Shown: positions 37,739-48,300, counted from the first letter of the stretch. The stretch: 64,000 nucleotides of DNA from Methanobacteriota archaeon (GCA_018691345.1 JABGTJ010000112.1:242-64241); one strand, 5' to 3'. The notes: generated by a model not told the origin, from the letters alone. Translations and numbers: made by a program.

Positions 37739-39964
37739 TTACCAGATCAGCCAATCATCGGTGACTTGGCCGTGACTCCACGCATGGATTTCATGACCGC
37801 GAACACCATCGTGTGCGGCGAAGAGGAGATGATGCTCAGTCAGTAAAAGCCCTCCATAGGTTCCGGAAGCAGAGTTGTTGTTTAGGCCTGGCCACGGGTC
37901 ATAGGCAAGCGAGATTTCACCGCTTGTGGATTGCCAAAGGGTCGAACCCGTTTCTACTCCATCGATTTTTCCAGATGCAAGGAAGAACAGTGTATCGCCA
38001 TGAGATGCAAAAGAGAGAATGTTTGAGCTTGCCAAGCCCGGCCGTAAGTCGGTCTCGACTCGAGTACCAGAAACCGTTCCATCGGAGGAACAGATTTCAT
38101 GAGCAACTTGCGGAGCCACACAGTCAAACCAAAGTCGATCACCATGAATTATGCCACCTGCCCAATCGCCGGGTGCAGCGATGATGGACGACAGAACTTG
38201 AGTCGTTCCCGTGGCGATTTCATGTCCCCACAACTGGGGGTCAACTCCGGAAGTGAGCGCATCAAATACCAGTTTACCATTCACTAAATGAATTCCAAGG
38301 TGTTCTGCAACGATGGTTGTCGGATTGCCAGTTGCCTGGTTTTGTAGAGTTGTCAGCCAATTGCTGTTTCCATCATCCAAGAGATGAACCAATTGTCGAC
38401 CGAACTGTGCTTCTGCAACCACCACGACGCCTCCTTCGATCACCAACGGCGTTCGAGGATTGCTTGCACCTTGCTCGTTAAGGCTCCACGACATGAATTG
38501 ACCGGTACTTGTGAGCATATAGGGCTCTACATCAGTATTGGTTTCGGCTGAAAACCAAAGCCGTGTATCGTTGGCGTGCAACAATTCTTGCCCTAAATTG
38601 CTCATACCTTCGGTATGCAGAACGAGGGATTGCTGCTGCTCCACTGTAAACATGGAATGTTCAAACAACGGGTAAACTGCAGTTGCATCGCACCAATACA
38701 ATGCTCCTGATGAATCAACCACCACAATTCCATTCATCCAGTGGACCGCTTGAGCAGCACTGGACAGGGCGACACTTTGGCCAGAGTGAACCACACGTTG
38801 CGTTCCCTCTTCGCTTCCGTCACTCACCCATAACTCGCGACCGTGAATCCCATCATCGGCATCGAAGAACAACCGTTCTCCATCAAGTGTCTGAACCGAT
38901 TGTATGCCAAGATACTGGCCTGGCAAGGAATCTCCTGTTGGATTGATGTCAAGCAATAGGTGCGTAGAAGATTCTGTTCCGGCACTTACCCACAGTTCAC
39001 AGCCATCAATGCCGTTAACGCCTGCCATCAGAATCATTTGCTGTTGTTTCATCCACGCTATGGCATCGCAGTTTGTCGTGACTCCATTTGCTGCGCCATT
39101 GGCAAAGTCGGAAATTGGTCCGTACTCCAGAGGTGAATTGCAAATTTTGAGCGATGTTCGAATTTCATCCGCATGGAGTATCCCATCAAAGGCGATTCCG
39201 TTCAAACGCCCATCGTCGATTCCAAAGTCGAGAATGATTCCCGAACTGCATACCGATGTCGGAGGCCTGTACTGTTCCACCAACGCAGGTGCTCCGGCAG
39301 CTCCATCTGCACCGTTCGTTCCAATCGAGCCGTCGTTTCCGTTGCTTCCAACCAGGCCATCGCAAACGGGGACACTTGTTTGTCTCTCGACTTCTTCCAA
39401 CAGCCCGTTGGAATTGACATCCGTGCCGCTGTGAATCATCAGGCCACCTTGCGAACAATAGATACCCCCTGCGCTTAGCACTTCAGTTTCAATCAGCCCA
39501 TTGGTTGTTCCACCAGTGCTTCCAGGCGCACCTTGAGGGCCAGATAACCCTTCTTTACCGTGGCAGACTTTCGTCGATGATGTCACTTCTTCATCGTCCA
39601 AATAGCCGTTTTCATTGAGATCGCTGCCGAGGAATATTTCTGCACCGCCTTCAGTACAAATTGAATCTGCACTGCGTCCTTCGGTTCGCACCAACATTTC
39701 ACTGGCGTTGTTTCCATCGGCTCCTGCTTCCATGTCCATTGAATCCAAAGAGGCGTATGAGTAGGTCGAAAGAGAAAGAGCGAGAACCAACATCAACGTT
39801 TGAACGACGGTCAGTGCCGTTTTACGCTTTGATGGGGATGGCTTTGAGGAAGCGCCTTTTTTCGTTGTTACAGTCTGAAATGACTGTTGCTTTTGGAGAT
39901 TTTTTCCGGGTACAGGTTCTCCTGCAATAGGGGCGTCGATATTCATCGTAGGGGGGGATGACAT
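37739..39964 (-). CDS. Signal-anchored surface protein with collagen-like GXY runs and ELWxxDG(T)-type repeats
   Basis: The ORF-track start 39994 is TTG; ATG 39964 (MSSPPTMNID) is used instead. TM VVQTLMLVLALSLSTY. Three Cys-bounded modules plus GXY runs. Repeats CELWVSAGTESST, RELWVSDGSEEGT, PQLWGHEIATGTT and STLWQSTSGE. Confidence 0.75.
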   Translation of the reverse strand: MSSPPTMNIDAPIAGEPVPGKNLQKQQSFQTVTTKKGASSKPSPSKRKTALTVVQTLMLVLALSLSTYSYASLDSMDMEAGADGNNASEMLVRTEGRSADSICTEGGAEIFLGSDLNENGYLDDEEVTSSTKVCHGKEGLSGPQGAPGSTGGTTNGLIETEVLSAGGIYCSQGGLMIHSGTDVNSNGLLEEVERQTSVPVCDGLVGSNGNDGSIGTNGADGAAGAPALVEQYRPPTSVCSSGIILDFGIDDGRLNGIAFDGILHADEIRTSLKICNSPLEYGPISDFANGAANGVTTNCDAIAWMKQQQMILMAGVNGIDGCELWVSAGTESSTHLLLDINPTGDSLPGQYLGIQSVQTLDGERLFFDADDGIHGRELWVSDGSEEGTQRVVHSGQSVALSSAAQAVHWMNGIVVVDSSGALYWCDATAVYPLFEHSMFTVEQQQSLVLHTEGMSNLGQELLHANDTRLWFSAETNTDVEPYMLTSTGQFMSWSLNEQGASNPRTPLVIEGGVVVVAEAQFGRQLVHLLDDGNSNWLTTLQNQATGNPTTIVAEHLGIHLVNGKLVFDALTSGVDPQLWGHEIATGTTQVLSSIIAAPGDWAGGIIHGDRLWFDCVAPQVAHEICSSDGTVSGTRVETDLRPGLASSNILSFASHGDTLFFLASGKIDGVETGSTLWQSTSGEISLAYDPWPGLNNNSASGTYGGLLLTEHHLLFAAHDGVRGHEIHAWSHGQVTDDWLIW

Positions 39965-40090
39965 GTTTACGGGAAATACCGTCAAAGGTATCAAAACCTT
40001 CGGTCATTGGCTAATTTCCAACACTCTGCTGTGAACGGACGTCGAAATGGAAGGGGTGAGTTCATGGGCGTCCTTCAACTGCACAGGGGT

Positions 40091-41863
40091 ATGGACCTCC
40101 CAGGACGACTCGCATCTCAGTTGGCAGGTGACGAAGGGCCAACCCGCCAAAAAGCAGCTCGTTTGGTTGTCGACCTTGCAGGTACCGCCGGCGCCAGTGG
40201 CTTTGTTGAAGTCGACCATGCTCACGTCTCAGGCGTCTCAGTCATTACCGGTGGTCATGGCCTGCGCCGCTTTTTGTCGGACCTTTCAAGTTCAGGTGAC
40301 GGAAGAGTTACTATTCCTACAACCCTTAATTCTGCAGGTTGCGACAAAGAGAAAATGAAGGAAATGGACATTGATTGGCCGGATTTCCTTGAACAGCAAT
40401 TCGAAATTGTGGAGGCTTATTCGGAACTTGGCATCCAAGCGACGTTGTCATGTACGCCTTACGACCGAGGAGTCGACGACGAAAGTGGCATTGCTTCATG
40501 GGCTGAATCAAATGCAGTATGTTTCTCGAACACGTGGACATCACTCATTACGAACCGTGAGTCCGGACTCTCTGCTCTGGCAACTGCACTCACAGGATAT
40601 GCTCCTCGATGGGGCCTTCACTTGCAAGAAAACCGTGTTCCAAACATTCACGTGCGCGTGGAATGTGAACTTGAGACGCTCTCAGACTGGTCGATTCTTG
40701 GAGATTGGATTGGTAAGCAAGTGCGACCGGATTGGGATGTTCCTTGGGGCCCAATGCCCTTGATTCAAGGTCTTCCAACTCGTGCGAGTTTTGCTCGCAA
40801 GAAGGCACTTACAGCAGCAGCAGCCAATTACGGTACACCGATGTTGTGGGCGGAAGGTCTGTCAGCAGATCCACCGCTCTCGAAAGACGCTCAGGGCAAC
40901 TGGATTGCTCCCGACACTGGATGGCAAGGCGAATTGGTGTTTACACAAACTGAACTTGATGCCCGGTATGCAGACCTCGCTCCGAAGGGACAGGTCGATT
41001 TAGTGGTCATCGGGTGTCCTCAAGCTAGTTTAGAGGAAATCAGAATCACTGCAGCAGCCGTACGTTCTCATGCCGAGATGGGCGCAAAAATACCCGACCA
41101 GCGTTTGTGGGTCTTCACCAGCGGTGAGAATTACGAACTGGCTTTAGCCGATGGAAGCATCGACTTGCTTGAGAGTGCAGGGGCCGTTCTTTTGCAAGAC
41201 ACATGTCCAGAAGTAACACCGTATAACCGAGCTCATTACAACCATTTACTTACCAATTCGCTCAAGGCCGAGCATTACCTGACCAGCGGGCTCAATCGAT
41301 TGCCAACCAGCGTGATGTCGATTCATGACTGCGTCTCACACGCCTTTGATGCATCCCTTTCCGCAGGTCCTCGACCCGTATTGGAAGCGAAATCACAGCC
41401 ACAACATGCCAGTGCAAAAACGGTTCAGACCGGTGAAGCAACTCTCATGGGCGCTCCTCTCGAGAGCCAAGGGGATTTTTGTGTGAAAGGGCCAGCAATG
41501 GTTACAGATGTACCCATCACCTATCTTGGATACGTCCATCGCGATACGGGTGTCATCGAAGAAACCGGCCATCCACTGGACGGACGAGCAATTGAGAACT
41601 CGATTCTCATTTACCCAAAGGGCTCAGGTTCAACGGTTGCCCCGTATGTTTTGATGGGATTATTGTATACCGGTAAAGGACCAACGGCCATCGTCAACCG
41701 AGATGTTTGCCCACTCACATTACCCGCATGTTCACTGTTAGACGTACCCTATGGGCACGGATTCGACTTAGATCCATGTATGGAAATCAACGATGGGGAT
41801 CTCGTTGAATTAAAATCAGAACAAGGCGTAGTGAGCCTTACCGTTCTGGAACGTGTAAAGTGA
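40091..41863 (+). CDS. acnX: Aconitase X (AcnX) with catalytic (DUF521-like) and swivel (DUF126-like) domains fused in one polypeptide
   Basis: N-terminal MDLPGRLASQLAGDEG...VEVDHAHVSG is typical of the AcnX large subunit. C-terminal ITYLGYVHRDTGVIEETGHPLDGRAIENSILIYPKGSGSTVAPYVLMGL is typical of the small/swivel subunit. Start trimmed from TTG 40007 to ATG 40091. Confidence 0.8.
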   Translation: MDLPGRLASQLAGDEGPTRQKAARLVVDLAGTAGASGFVEVDHAHVSGVSVITGGHGLRRFLSDLSSSGDGRVTIPTTLNSAGCDKEKMKEMDIDWPDFLEQQFEIVEAYSELGIQATLSCTPYDRGVDDESGIASWAESNAVCFSNTWTSLITNRESGLSALATALTGYAPRWGLHLQENRVPNIHVRVECELETLSDWSILGDWIGKQVRPDWDVPWGPMPLIQGLPTRASFARKKALTAAAANYGTPMLWAEGLSADPPLSKDAQGNWIAPDTGWQGELVFTQTELDARYADLAPKGQVDLVVIGCPQASLEEIRITAAAVRSHAEMGAKIPDQRLWVFTSGENYELALADGSIDLLESAGAVLLQDTCPEVTPYNRAHYNHLLTNSLKAEHYLTSGLNRLPTSVMSIHDCVSHAFDASLSAGPRPVLEAKSQPQHASAKTVQTGEATLMGAPLESQGDFCVKGPAMVTDVPITYLGYVHRDTGVIEETGHPLDGRAIENSILIYPKGSGSTVAPYVLMGLLYTGKGPTAIVNRDVCPLTLPACSLLDVPYGHGFDLDPCMEINDGDLVELKSEQGVVSLTVLERVK

Positions 41864-41872
41864 GGCGTGTCC

Positions 41873-42871
41873 ATGGCCTCACAACGCATTCTTGTCACCG
41901 GCGGTGCCGGATTTATTGGCTCGTCGTTGTGTGAAAGATTGGTCGCTGAAGGTCATACAGTTCTTGCCTATGATTCGCTTTTTCGTGGGCATAAATCAAA
42001 TCTTGAGTCGCTTGAACACAACGAAAGGTTTCATTTCATGCAAGGTGATGTAAGAGATGTCGACCGCCTTGACGATGCCATTGAAGTCCTAGGGGGCTTG
42101 GATATTGTTTTTCATTTAGCCGCAGTGAACGGTACCAAATGGTTTCATGAGGCAGCACATTCGGTGATTGATGTGAACATTAACGGGACATTGAGAACCT
42201 TGGAACTGGCAATGTCTTGCGATGCAAGGTACGTTCTAGCGTCATCCCCTGAAGCCTTTGGCGAAGCCAAACAGCAACCGATTCAAAATGGAAACGAGAT
42301 GGTTTTTACCGACCCTGCAATGCATCAACGACACTCCTATGGTGCCAGCAAGTACCTTGACGAAATCGCATGTCAACATGCAGCACGTGATGGCCTTGAT
42401 GTTCGTATCGTTCGACCGTTTAACGCCTATGGGCCTCGTTTACTTGGGGATGAATACGGCCAAGTAGTCGCCATGTTTTTCTCTTCAGTTTTGAACAACC
42501 AACCGATTAAAGTTCACAATGGTGGCATGCAAACACGTTCTTTCACATGGATTTCGGATACGGTCGACGGTTTTTATCGGGCAGGTCTCATGGACACTGC
42601 ATTGGATGGGACAGCACTTATTGGTGGTGCTTTCAACATCGGTTCAACAGAGGAGATCTCGATTAAATTACTTCAACAAGCGGTATTTGATGCCGTGTCC
42701 AAAGATACCACTTGGAAAAACGCCTTGCCTGAAGTTCTACACGAGGACGGATACTTTGGCGATGCTTTACGAAGGTTACCGGATTGTTCACAGGCTGAAC
42801 TTCAACTGGGTTGGAAAGCTACTACATCGCTGGAACAAGGCCTAGCGTCGATGTGGTCTTCATTACGATAG
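41873..42871 (+). CDS. NAD-dependent sugar-nucleotide epimerase/dehydratase (extended SDR)
   Basis: ILVTGGAGFIGSSLCERL and catalytic YGASKYLDE. Alternative GTG start 41867. Confidence 0.85.
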   Translation: MASQRILVTGGAGFIGSSLCERLVAEGHTVLAYDSLFRGHKSNLESLEHNERFHFMQGDVRDVDRLDDAIEVLGGLDIVFHLAAVNGTKWFHEAAHSVIDVNINGTLRTLELAMSCDARYVLASSPEAFGEAKQQPIQNGNEMVFTDPAMHQRHSYGASKYLDEIACQHAARDGLDVRIVRPFNAYGPRLLGDEYGQVVAMFFSSVLNNQPIKVHNGGMQTRSFTWISDTVDGFYRAGLMDTALDGTALIGGAFNIGSTEEISIKLLQQAVFDAVSKDTTWKNALPEVLHEDGYFGDALRRLPDCSQAELQLGWKATTSLEQGLASMWSSLR

Positions 42872-43681
42872 TTTTCGCCCAGCGTAGTGCTTGAACACCT
42901 TTTCACCCCAACCGTCCGGAGATGGCGATAGACGGTCATGACCGTGCTGGCACAACACATCCAAACCGTGAGGCGGTATTGAAGATTCACTGGTCCATAT
43001 CCCCGTAACTCGCAAGACGGCGAGCCGAGCGACTGCATCGGGTAAAGGCCGATCTTCGAGGTATTCAACTTCGAGCGCAGCCACTGCTTCGTTAATGAGC
43101 AGCGGGTCATGAGGGCTTTCAGTGAGCCCGGAGAGATTCCATTCGCTCTCACCTTGCGGCAGCGGAGCAGCCGTTTCATCGATTGCTTTCACTGCCTCCA
43201 AAGTGCTTGGCATTAAGTGGAGTATGGCCCGTTTGGTCGTGCGTAGATTATGGAGCGTGTCGCGGTATCGCCCTTCACGGTTGCAACTGAACGAGGCAAT
43301 GAGCAAAGGAGGACCGGTTGACACTGCCATAACCGAAGTGTAGGGTGCTAGATTCTTGTTTCCCTTTTCATCTTGTGTCGATGCGAGTACTAGTGGTCGT
43401 GGAGAAAGTAATCCAGATAACCATCCTGCTCGTTGAGCGTGTTCGATGGAATCAACATCCATGCGTTTAGCATGTTCCATATTGGATGTTGGCATTGGTG
43501 AAAACCAACTGTTAAGGGTGCCGTTTTGTATTTCTTCGATGGCATGATTGTTGAATTCGATGTAGGATTCCCAAGATGAAGTTTGTTCGACTTCACCGCG
43601 GTCCCGCTTTCGTGCAATGGATTTTTCAGCGTAGGCATTGCATTTTCGCAAATAATCCAGAACAATTGCTTTCCTGTCCAT
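42863..43681 (-). CDS. Flavin reductase-like (FMN-binding split-barrel) protein with ~90-aa N-terminal extension
   Basis: The segment RPLVLASTQDEKGNKNLAPYTSVMAVSTGPPLLIASF resembles the flavin-reductase-like domain. Its 3' end overlaps the convergent epimerase gene by 9 nt. Confidence 0.6.
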   Translation of the reverse strand: MDRKAIVLDYLRKCNAYAEKSIARKRDRGEVEQTSSWESYIEFNNHAIEEIQNGTLNSWFSPMPTSNMEHAKRMDVDSIEHAQRAGWLSGLLSPRPLVLASTQDEKGNKNLAPYTSVMAVSTGPPLLIASFSCNREGRYRDTLHNLRTTKRAILHLMPSTLEAVKAIDETAAPLPQGESEWNLSGLTESPHDPLLINEAVAALEVEYLEDRPLPDAVARLAVLRVTGIWTSESSIPPHGLDVLCQHGHDRLSPSPDGWGEKVFKHYAGRKLS

Positions 43682-44191
43682 CTAATCATCTCCCGTTCGT
43701 GTGTTGAGTTTGAGTTGGTGTTGCTTTTCATCGTATGCTTTTCTCGTCATCACGAATACTGCAGGCTGGCCCGCCCAAACTTCGTTTTTAGGCAGCTGTT
43801 TGGTGAGGGTTGAACCAGCGCCGAGCACGCCGCCTTCCCCAATATCGCATCCTGGCAGGACGGTAGACCCTCCGCCGACCACAGCATTCTTGCCGATTCG
43901 GACCGGTTGCCACTGCTCTGAGTTCCGGGACGGGGGATATTTGTCGTTTAGCAGGGTTGCATTTGGGCCGATGAATACACCTTCACCGAGGTGGCAATCA
44001 TCAGCCACATAGGCGCCACCTTGTATTCGGCAACCGTTGCCAAGCGTGACATTACGTCCAATGTGAGCCAACGAGCCGATGGAGCACGAGGCGCCAACAT
44101 GAGTGCCGTTGCCGATGTGGCAAGGTCGCCAAGCAACTGAGCCATTGCCCAACACTGCACAGGTTCCACTCAATGGCGTCTCCTTTGCCAT
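43682..44191 (-). CDS. Left-handed beta-helix (hexapeptide-repeat) sugar N/O-acyltransferase, WbpD/WlbB-like
   Basis: Consecutive hexapeptide repeats (IGNGTHVGASCSIGSLAHIGRNVTLGNGCRIQGGAYV...IGKNAVVGGGSTVLPGCDIGEGGVLGAGS). Start trimmed to ATG 44191, after the bcp stop. Confidence 0.8.
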   Translation of the reverse strand: MAKETPLSGTCAVLGNGSVAWRPCHIGNGTHVGASCSIGSLAHIGRNVTLGNGCRIQGGAYVADDCHLGEGVFIGPNATLLNDKYPPSRNSEQWQPVRIGKNAVVGGGSTVLPGCDIGEGGVLGAGSTLTKQLPKNEVWAGQPAVFVMTRKAYDEKQHQLKLNTRTGDD

Positions 44192-44199
44192 CGAATCCC

Positions 44200-44685
44200 T
44201 CATTCGCCCAGTCCAAGTTCTCTCATGAGCATGCCCACATGGCCTTTCGCTTTGACGTTGTATCGAAGCCAAGAGAAGTTTCCATCGGGGGTGATGACGA
44301 ACGTCGAGCGGGAACATCCCATGTATTCACGGCCATAGTTCATCTTCATGCGCCATGTTCCGAATTTTTCGTGAAGTTCACCGTCACGGTCCATGAGTAA
44401 AGGGAAATTGAGTTCTTGTTTTGATACAAACTTTTCATGCGATCCTTCGGTGTCCTTCGATACGCCAAGAACGATGTATCCTTCAGAAGTCAGTCTTGCC
44501 ATGTTGTCACGGAAGTCACAGGCTTGAGTTGTGCAGCCAGGTGTGGAGTCACGGGGATAAAAATACAAAATCACAGTTTTTCCATCGGTTTGGTATGCGG
44601 TCGAACTGTGAGTTTGGCCGCTGGAATCAAGGCATTCGAATACTGGTGCTGTTTGGCCGACTTCATGTGTAATTGCTTCGCTCAT
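44200..44685 (-). CDS. bcp: Thiol peroxidase / peroxiredoxin Bcp
   Basis: YFYPRDSTPGCTTQACDFRD active-site motif. Start trimmed to ATG 44685 (MSEAITHEVGQTAPVFE). Confidence 0.9.
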   Translation of the reverse strand: MSEAITHEVGQTAPVFECLDSSGQTHSSTAYQTDGKTVILYFYPRDSTPGCTTQACDFRDNMARLTSEGYIVLGVSKDTEGSHEKFVSKQELNFPLLMDRDGELHEKFGTWRMKMNYGREYMGCSRSTFVITPDGNFSWLRYNVKAKGHVGMLMRELGLGE

Positions 44686-44828
44686 ATTACATCGTGATGG
44701 CTCAAAGGACATGAAACATTGCTTTGAGCCATATTCTTATTAATTCGACTTATTTTACCCTTTTTCTGCTACCAATGCGTCTTTAGTATGCCTTTTATGC
44801 ATAATGGGTTATTTCTGTTCCATTTCGG

Positions 44829-45317
44829 GTGAAGGGGCATGAGGCAACCGATTCTTTCAATAACCGGCGGGTCGCAAGCCAAATCATGGTAGCGGCTCGT
44901 ATGTCTCGTAGAAGTCGCCGCTTTTCCAAGCAGATTCAACGCACAAATACTCGCTTTGACCTGCAAACTATTGCCAGTTCAGTGCAAACGCATTTGGACA
45001 AGCGAGACATCACTTATGACGAGGCACTGACCCTCGGCAACCTCATCCAAAACCGAGCAGACCAACTGCCAGGCGACACAATCGTTTACGCAATTTCGGA
45101 CCGTGATGCTTACCGTCGGACCCTTGAATTGTATTTACGTGACGCCCTTCTTACGAAAACCGAACAGATGCTGCTCTGGGAGGAGCGCCGCAGACTCGGC
45201 ATTTCCGACATCGACCACGAACGCCTTCTTGAACAGCTTTTACTTCAATGGCGCCGCCAGGGTAAGAAAGTGACCATCGCTCGTTTCGATTCACCGGGGG
45301 GTGACTCTTCTGCGTGA
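44829..45317 (+). CDS. Hypothetical basic protein (162 aa), first gene of the co-directional cluster leading to the archaellum genes
   Basis: Open frame with an Arg-rich N-terminus (RMSRRSRRFSKQIQR) and helical C-terminus. GTG start lies ~25-30 nt downstream of the TATA-like TTTTATGC (44791-44798). Alternative ATGs at 44886 and 44901. Overlaps the next gene by 17 nt. Confidence 0.4.
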   Translation: MKGHEATDSFNNRRVASQIMVAARMSRRSRRFSKQIQRTNTRFDLQTIASSVQTHLDKRDITYDEALTLGNLIQNRADQLPGDTIVYAISDRDAYRRTLELYLRDALLTKTEQMLLWEERRRLGISDIDHERLLEQLLLQWRRQGKKVTIARFDSPGGDSSA

Positions 45318-48300
45318 ACACGCCAATCGGCAAACGCTGCTCGCAGCGTTATTGGTTGCGCTCTTCGTCCTGCCAATGTATTTGCCTTTGGCAAATGCAG
45401 ACGATACCGAGGACACAAGTACAGCCTCTGGCCGTGCGATTCTCGACTTTTATTTCCGTAACCCCCTCCAACTGAGCAACTCGGGTTCAGCAGTTATCGG
45501 TTCGAGCCTTTTCCTCGAACCCGGGGAGCACATTGTCACGGCAAACATTTCAGCAACCGGCTCTGGAAACGATGAACTTTGGCTCGTCTTGCAACACAAA
45601 GGCTCACCTTCACTCGGCTTCGCAGATGTCAAAAGCATCTCCATGGGCAGCGTCAATGGTGCATCAGGGCAAGTTGATCTCACTCCGATTTCGTTTTCTT
45701 GGAACGCTACCAACGGCGCTGGACAAGAACTCCGCGTTAAAATCGTCTCGACAAAGGAGACCGGTAACGACCTCCTCAACAACATCCAAGACGTCGGTTT
45801 TTCATTCTCAGTCGAGAATAAACATCTTGGAGAACTGATGACAAATACATTCCCTGCTGATTCGCCGATTAACAACCGGATCTCCTTGCCAAACGCAATT
45901 TCCACACTTAACACGACGGTTACAAATTCCGGAGTCAAACCAATATCGGCAACGATGACCATTGTACTGCGAGATAATTCTACGCCTGCGAATGTTGTCA
46001 CTGTTTTATCAAATACGGTATTGCTTCAGCCCGGTTCCCATCCAGTTTCTTCTGCAACACTCCAAGAGTCGGGCGTTCTAAGCGCTAGTGTTGATGCTCA
46101 AGCACTGACTGGAGTTTGGAACATTTCTGCATCGGTGAAATTTGATGGAACTTCATGGACCGAAACCATTGTTTTCCGTGAGTCTTGGGTAAAATTCTCC
46201 GACTACAATGCCATAGTGATTGAGCCTGTGACTTTAGTCGTCGAACCAGGGGATGCTACGGCCATCACATTCGTTGTCAAAAACACGGGTTCAGCGACCG
46301 ACCTGTTCACGATATCGGTTACACAAAACAAACCATGGGCTGATGTCAACTCAGCATCATTTGGCGCAACACTTCCTGCAGGCTCCATACGATTGATTAC
46401 ACTCGATGTCAATGTCCCTGCGAATGCAGTACGTTCTGAGACGGATAAAATCACCATTACTTTCACATCTGTAAACTCTCCTGATAATTATCAGATTTCT
46501 GGTGTCGGACGAGTCATGGTTGGAGATTTCTTCAGAGGCGAGGTCTCTTTGATTGAGGGTGCAACGACCAAAACCATCAATCCTGGTGGCCAAGCACAGT
46601 ACATAGCCCAAATCGAAAACACCGGGAGTGTGACCACAACATACACTCTGGCGACCGGACTTTCAGTATCGACGCTTAATTGGACATGGGAGGTTAGCCC
46701 TTCCATCACACCTCCAGTCTCATCCGGCGACACCACGCAAGTCGTTGTGACGCTCACCGCTCCGGCAATTCAGAATCCCATCGTCACCAGCGAATACAAC
46801 ATGGCTGGAGATGAACTTGACGTATGGATTCAATGCCAGCCTATTGGCGGAGGAGTTCCTTCACAAGACACTGCACCAATCGAAGTGTCACCGGTTATTG
46901 TCGTTGACCCTGGAATCGACCTTGAACCTCAGCACATACCGGTCGAAAAAATTAAGCAGACACTCACTGGAACGCAACTTGTCGAAAACATTGACTTGAA
47001 CATGCGCGTTATTCACAACCTGCCTACAATGCTTACTGAGACACTTAACGCTACGTTAACCACGTCAAAATCGTTCACAGCACTGAACGAAGGCGGATTT
47101 GGAGAGGCAGAGAGATGGTCCGTTTCGGTCTCCAATCCGATTTACACTGGCCTTACTCCGGGGGACAGCATGAATACGACCCTCGATATCATCGGTCCTC
47201 AGGCAAATCAATATCCAGTTGCAGGCACATTTGCTGCCTCATTGACCATTACGCCAACTTTGAGTCAAGCTTTAGTCGGCAGTGGGGTCACCGCTGTCCC
47301 TCTCACGCGAAACTACACGCTGGTTATCCCTCAAGTCATCACGGGGGATTTCCTCGATGCAGGGCCTTATGACATTCCAGTTGGTGTCGATAACATCATC
47401 CCAATGCGATTCGCAAATACTGGGAACGATGTTGGTTCGTACCGGCTAAGAGTGGTCGATAATCTTCCTGATAATTGGACTGCCAATTTCTCTGGTACCG
47501 ACCAAAACATCAGCAATTTAACTGCTGACATTGCCGATGGAACGCTCGACGGCTCAACTGGAAATGCAGCACACATCCAAGTTGTTTCGTTCAACATCCG
47601 CACCGATCCATTGGCGCCAGCAGGTTTGAATCAACCGATTACTGTTCGAATTGAAGATCCGGTTTCTGGCTTGCTGATTGGAAGTGAGCATGTATTCTAT
47701 GTTGTGGTCGGGCAGATCTTCAACGGCAGCCTCACACCCACGAATCAATCGCTTGAACTTGACCTCTCAGAATCAACTTTCACTTCAATAACCATTGTGA
47801 ACACAGGTAACGCTCCTACAGATTACGAGGTTTGGTTGGATAACTCTCTCGCAGGCGATGTGGAGTTCAAAATTGAATCTCCGAGCAGTTCCAGTATTTT
47901 CATTGCCGCTGGCTATGAAGAGACCATTCGAGTGGAGATGAATGCAAATGATGAGGCGGACTCCGATGGATTCTACATGACGACCGTGTGGGTTTCGGCC
48001 AATAACGGCCAAATTCTTCTCTCAGCAAACGTGGTCGCCAACATCACTGAAAACCATTCTATTGGCATCACAGCCCCAGAACAGATGGCTGTTACTCCAG
48101 GGCAGATTGAGCAAGTGGATTTCGACATCATTAACCTGGGTAATCTACAGGAAACGGTCGGAATCAACTTGACGGTTGAAGGTAACATTTCGCTGTCGAT
48201 GTATCAACTCACGCAAACGATTCCAATCGATGGAACCTATTCTGACAGCGTGAATGTAGCAATTCCAAGCCTTGGAGGGACCGATACACTCGTGCAAGGC

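Noticed and set aside
44713-44828. AT-rich 116-nt intergenic region examined for a tRNA or small RNA gene
   Set aside because: It has no cloverleaf-compatible arms, no GTTCRAAT-like T-loop and no C/D box pair. It is best read as a promoter region, with TATA-like TTTTATGC at 44791-44798. The same check on 63472..63638 was also negative.
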